The notes beneath the pieces are model-generated. The model did no database searches, was not told the DNA's origin, and worked only from the letters and a program-made list of their open reading frames with translations. From Felis catus (Eukaryota): a stretch of DNA of 64,000 nucleotides. The stretch covers positions 27,158,001 through 27,222,000 of the forward strand of contig NC_058368.1 of assembly GCF_018350175.1 (NCBI RefSeq). Reading direction: 5' to 3'. The position numbers and the translations under genes are program-made. The number at the start of each line of letters is the position of its first letter. The first letter of the stretch is position 1. Below, piece by piece: positions 62,297 through 64,000 of the stretch.

Positions 62297-63570
62297 GCTG
62301 AATACCGTGATTTATAAGAAATATATATTTCATCATTCAGGTGACCAGAATATATTTCTCATATGTGTTTGATCTTTGCCCACAGTTCCTGCCTTACCGC
62401 TCCCACAACTCCTGGCATTTCCTGAGCGATAAGATCGATAGGAATATCTTTTGTTATAATATTTGGTCTTCTCCTGAGTTTTTGAAGTCTGCTTCAGAGC
62501 CATAAGGGTGAAATGGGGGTCTTGTTATTCTTAATAAGCTCCTTTCTACCACAACTGGGTTTATGTTGATGCGGTGAATTTTGGAAGCACCTAGGGATGG
62601 GGGCTGGTCGCCAGGGGACCCAACCATGAATAGAAGGTTGGAACTCTCAGTTGCACCCCCTGATTTCCTGAAGGAAAGAGGGTCTGGAGGTTGAATCTAT
62701 TGCCAATAGCTAATGATTTAATCACTCAGGCCTATGTAATGAAGCCTCCATAAAAATCCAAAGGGCAGGGTTCCAAAGGCTTCCGTGTTGGTGAATACAT
62801 GGAGGTTAGGGAGAGTGGCACAACTTAGAGAGCATGGAAGCTCCCTGCCCTTTCCCCATACCTTGCCTTCTCACCTCTTCCATCTGGCTATTCCTGAGTC
62901 ATATCCTTTAATGATGAGCTGATAATCTAGTAAGTAAAATGTTTCACCGAGTTCTGTGAGCAGTTCTAGTAAACTAATCAAAGAGGAGGTCTTGGAAACC
63001 TCTGAGTTTTAGGCAGTTGGTCAGAAATACAGGTGACGGGGTACCTGGGTGGCTCAGTCGGTTAAGCGTCCGACTTCAGCTCAGGTCATGATCTTACGGT
63101 TCATGGGTTTGAGCCCCATGTCAGGCTCTGTGCTGACAGCTCAGAGCCTGGAGCCTGTTTCAGATTCTGTCTGTGGCTTGCTCTCTGCCCCTCCCCCACT
63201 TGTGCTCTGTCTCTCTGTCTCTAAAATAAATAAATGTTAAAAAGAATTTTTAAAAAAAGGAAATACAGGTGACAGTCAGGACTTGTGACTGGCATCTGAA
63301 GTCCAAGGAAGCAGCCATCATGAGAACCTCTAGTCTGTAGCTGAAGGGTCAGAAGCATAGGTAACAACCCAAACTTGCAACTGTCACTCTGAACTGGTCA
63401 GAGTGGGGAGGCAGTATTGTAGGACAGAACCCTTAATAGAATCTGGTGCTATCTCCAGGTAGATAGTGTCACAATTTGATTCAATTACTAGACATGTTGC
63501 TGGTGTCTGAGAATTGTTCGTTGATGTGGGGGGATCAACTTTGGAAATTGAGTCTTAGGACACAAAAAGA
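62297..63570 (+). mobile_element. ERV solo LTR (MER21-like), SINE-interrupted
   Basis: gtgatttataagaaatatatattt start; gatgggggctggtcgccagg, aatgatttaatcactcaggcctatgtaatgaagcctccataaaaa, tccaggtagatagtgtc motifs. Confidence 0.8.
63038..63259 (+). mobile_element. Can-SINE inside LTR
   Basis: TSD gaaatacaggtgac. Confidence 0.96.
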
Positions 63571-63868
63571 TCCGTTGACTTACTATGATGATAGATAAAG
63601 ATCTAGCTTATTTGTACCACTACCTCCCTATTGTCCTGATTCTCAAAATACTCCAATTCTTCTCTCGTTACCTATGTACTTTACAATAATATGCTTATTT
63701 CTATATTTCTATCTTTTTAACTATAGAGAGTATCTAATGATTTCTTACATTATAAGATGAGAATATTACCCTTTCACAACTTCTTTTCCCTTTAATATCT
63801 TCCAGTCTCTCATTTGTGTGGTTAGTTCTACATTATTAAAGTTGGTATCATTTGTATTATTTTCTGTA

Positions 63869-63994
63869 ATCCCAAATAGGCTCTCATGCTCAGTGTGGAT
63901 CCCAATGTGGGGCTGAATCCCACAACCCTGGGATCATGACCTGAGCCAAAATCAAGAGTCGGACCCTCAACCAACTGAGCCACCCAGGTGTCCC
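63869..63994 (-). mobile_element. Can-SINE lacking CT tract and A tail
   Basis: Antisense head ends caggtgtccc; body stops abruptly at aatcccaaatagg. Confidence 0.88.
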
Positions 63995-64000
63995 ATCATT

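Noticed and set aside
1..64000. tRNA-like sequences at SINE heads
   Set aside because: These are the tRNA-derived Pol III heads of Can-SINEs; no standalone tRNA gene was seen

Overview
This is mammalian, almost certainly felid (cat-like), genomic DNA, judged from the many tRNA-derived Can-SINEs of SINEC_Fc type. It is repeat-rich and looks intronic or intergenic. I count 31 Can-SINE copies, many with readable target-site duplications (TSDs), plus L1, L2 and MIR fragments, DNA-transposon fossils (Charlie1, Tigger-type MITE, MER20, MER5, Charlie4) and three LTRs (MLT1A-like, MLT1J/K-like, MER21-like). The only recognisable protein-derived sequence besides L1 ORF2 remnants is an intronless, frameshifted PFDN4 retrocopy on the minus strand (~44088-44764). 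I could not identify an intact protein-coding gene or a convincing novel multi-gene system. The best leads are the retrocopy, nested and young insertions, close inverted SINE pairs, a perfect 14-bp hairpin, TAAT-rich enhancer-like blocks and a few unverified exon candidates. Repeat subfamily names come from recall of consensus sequences, not a database search, and boundaries of old elements are approximate.
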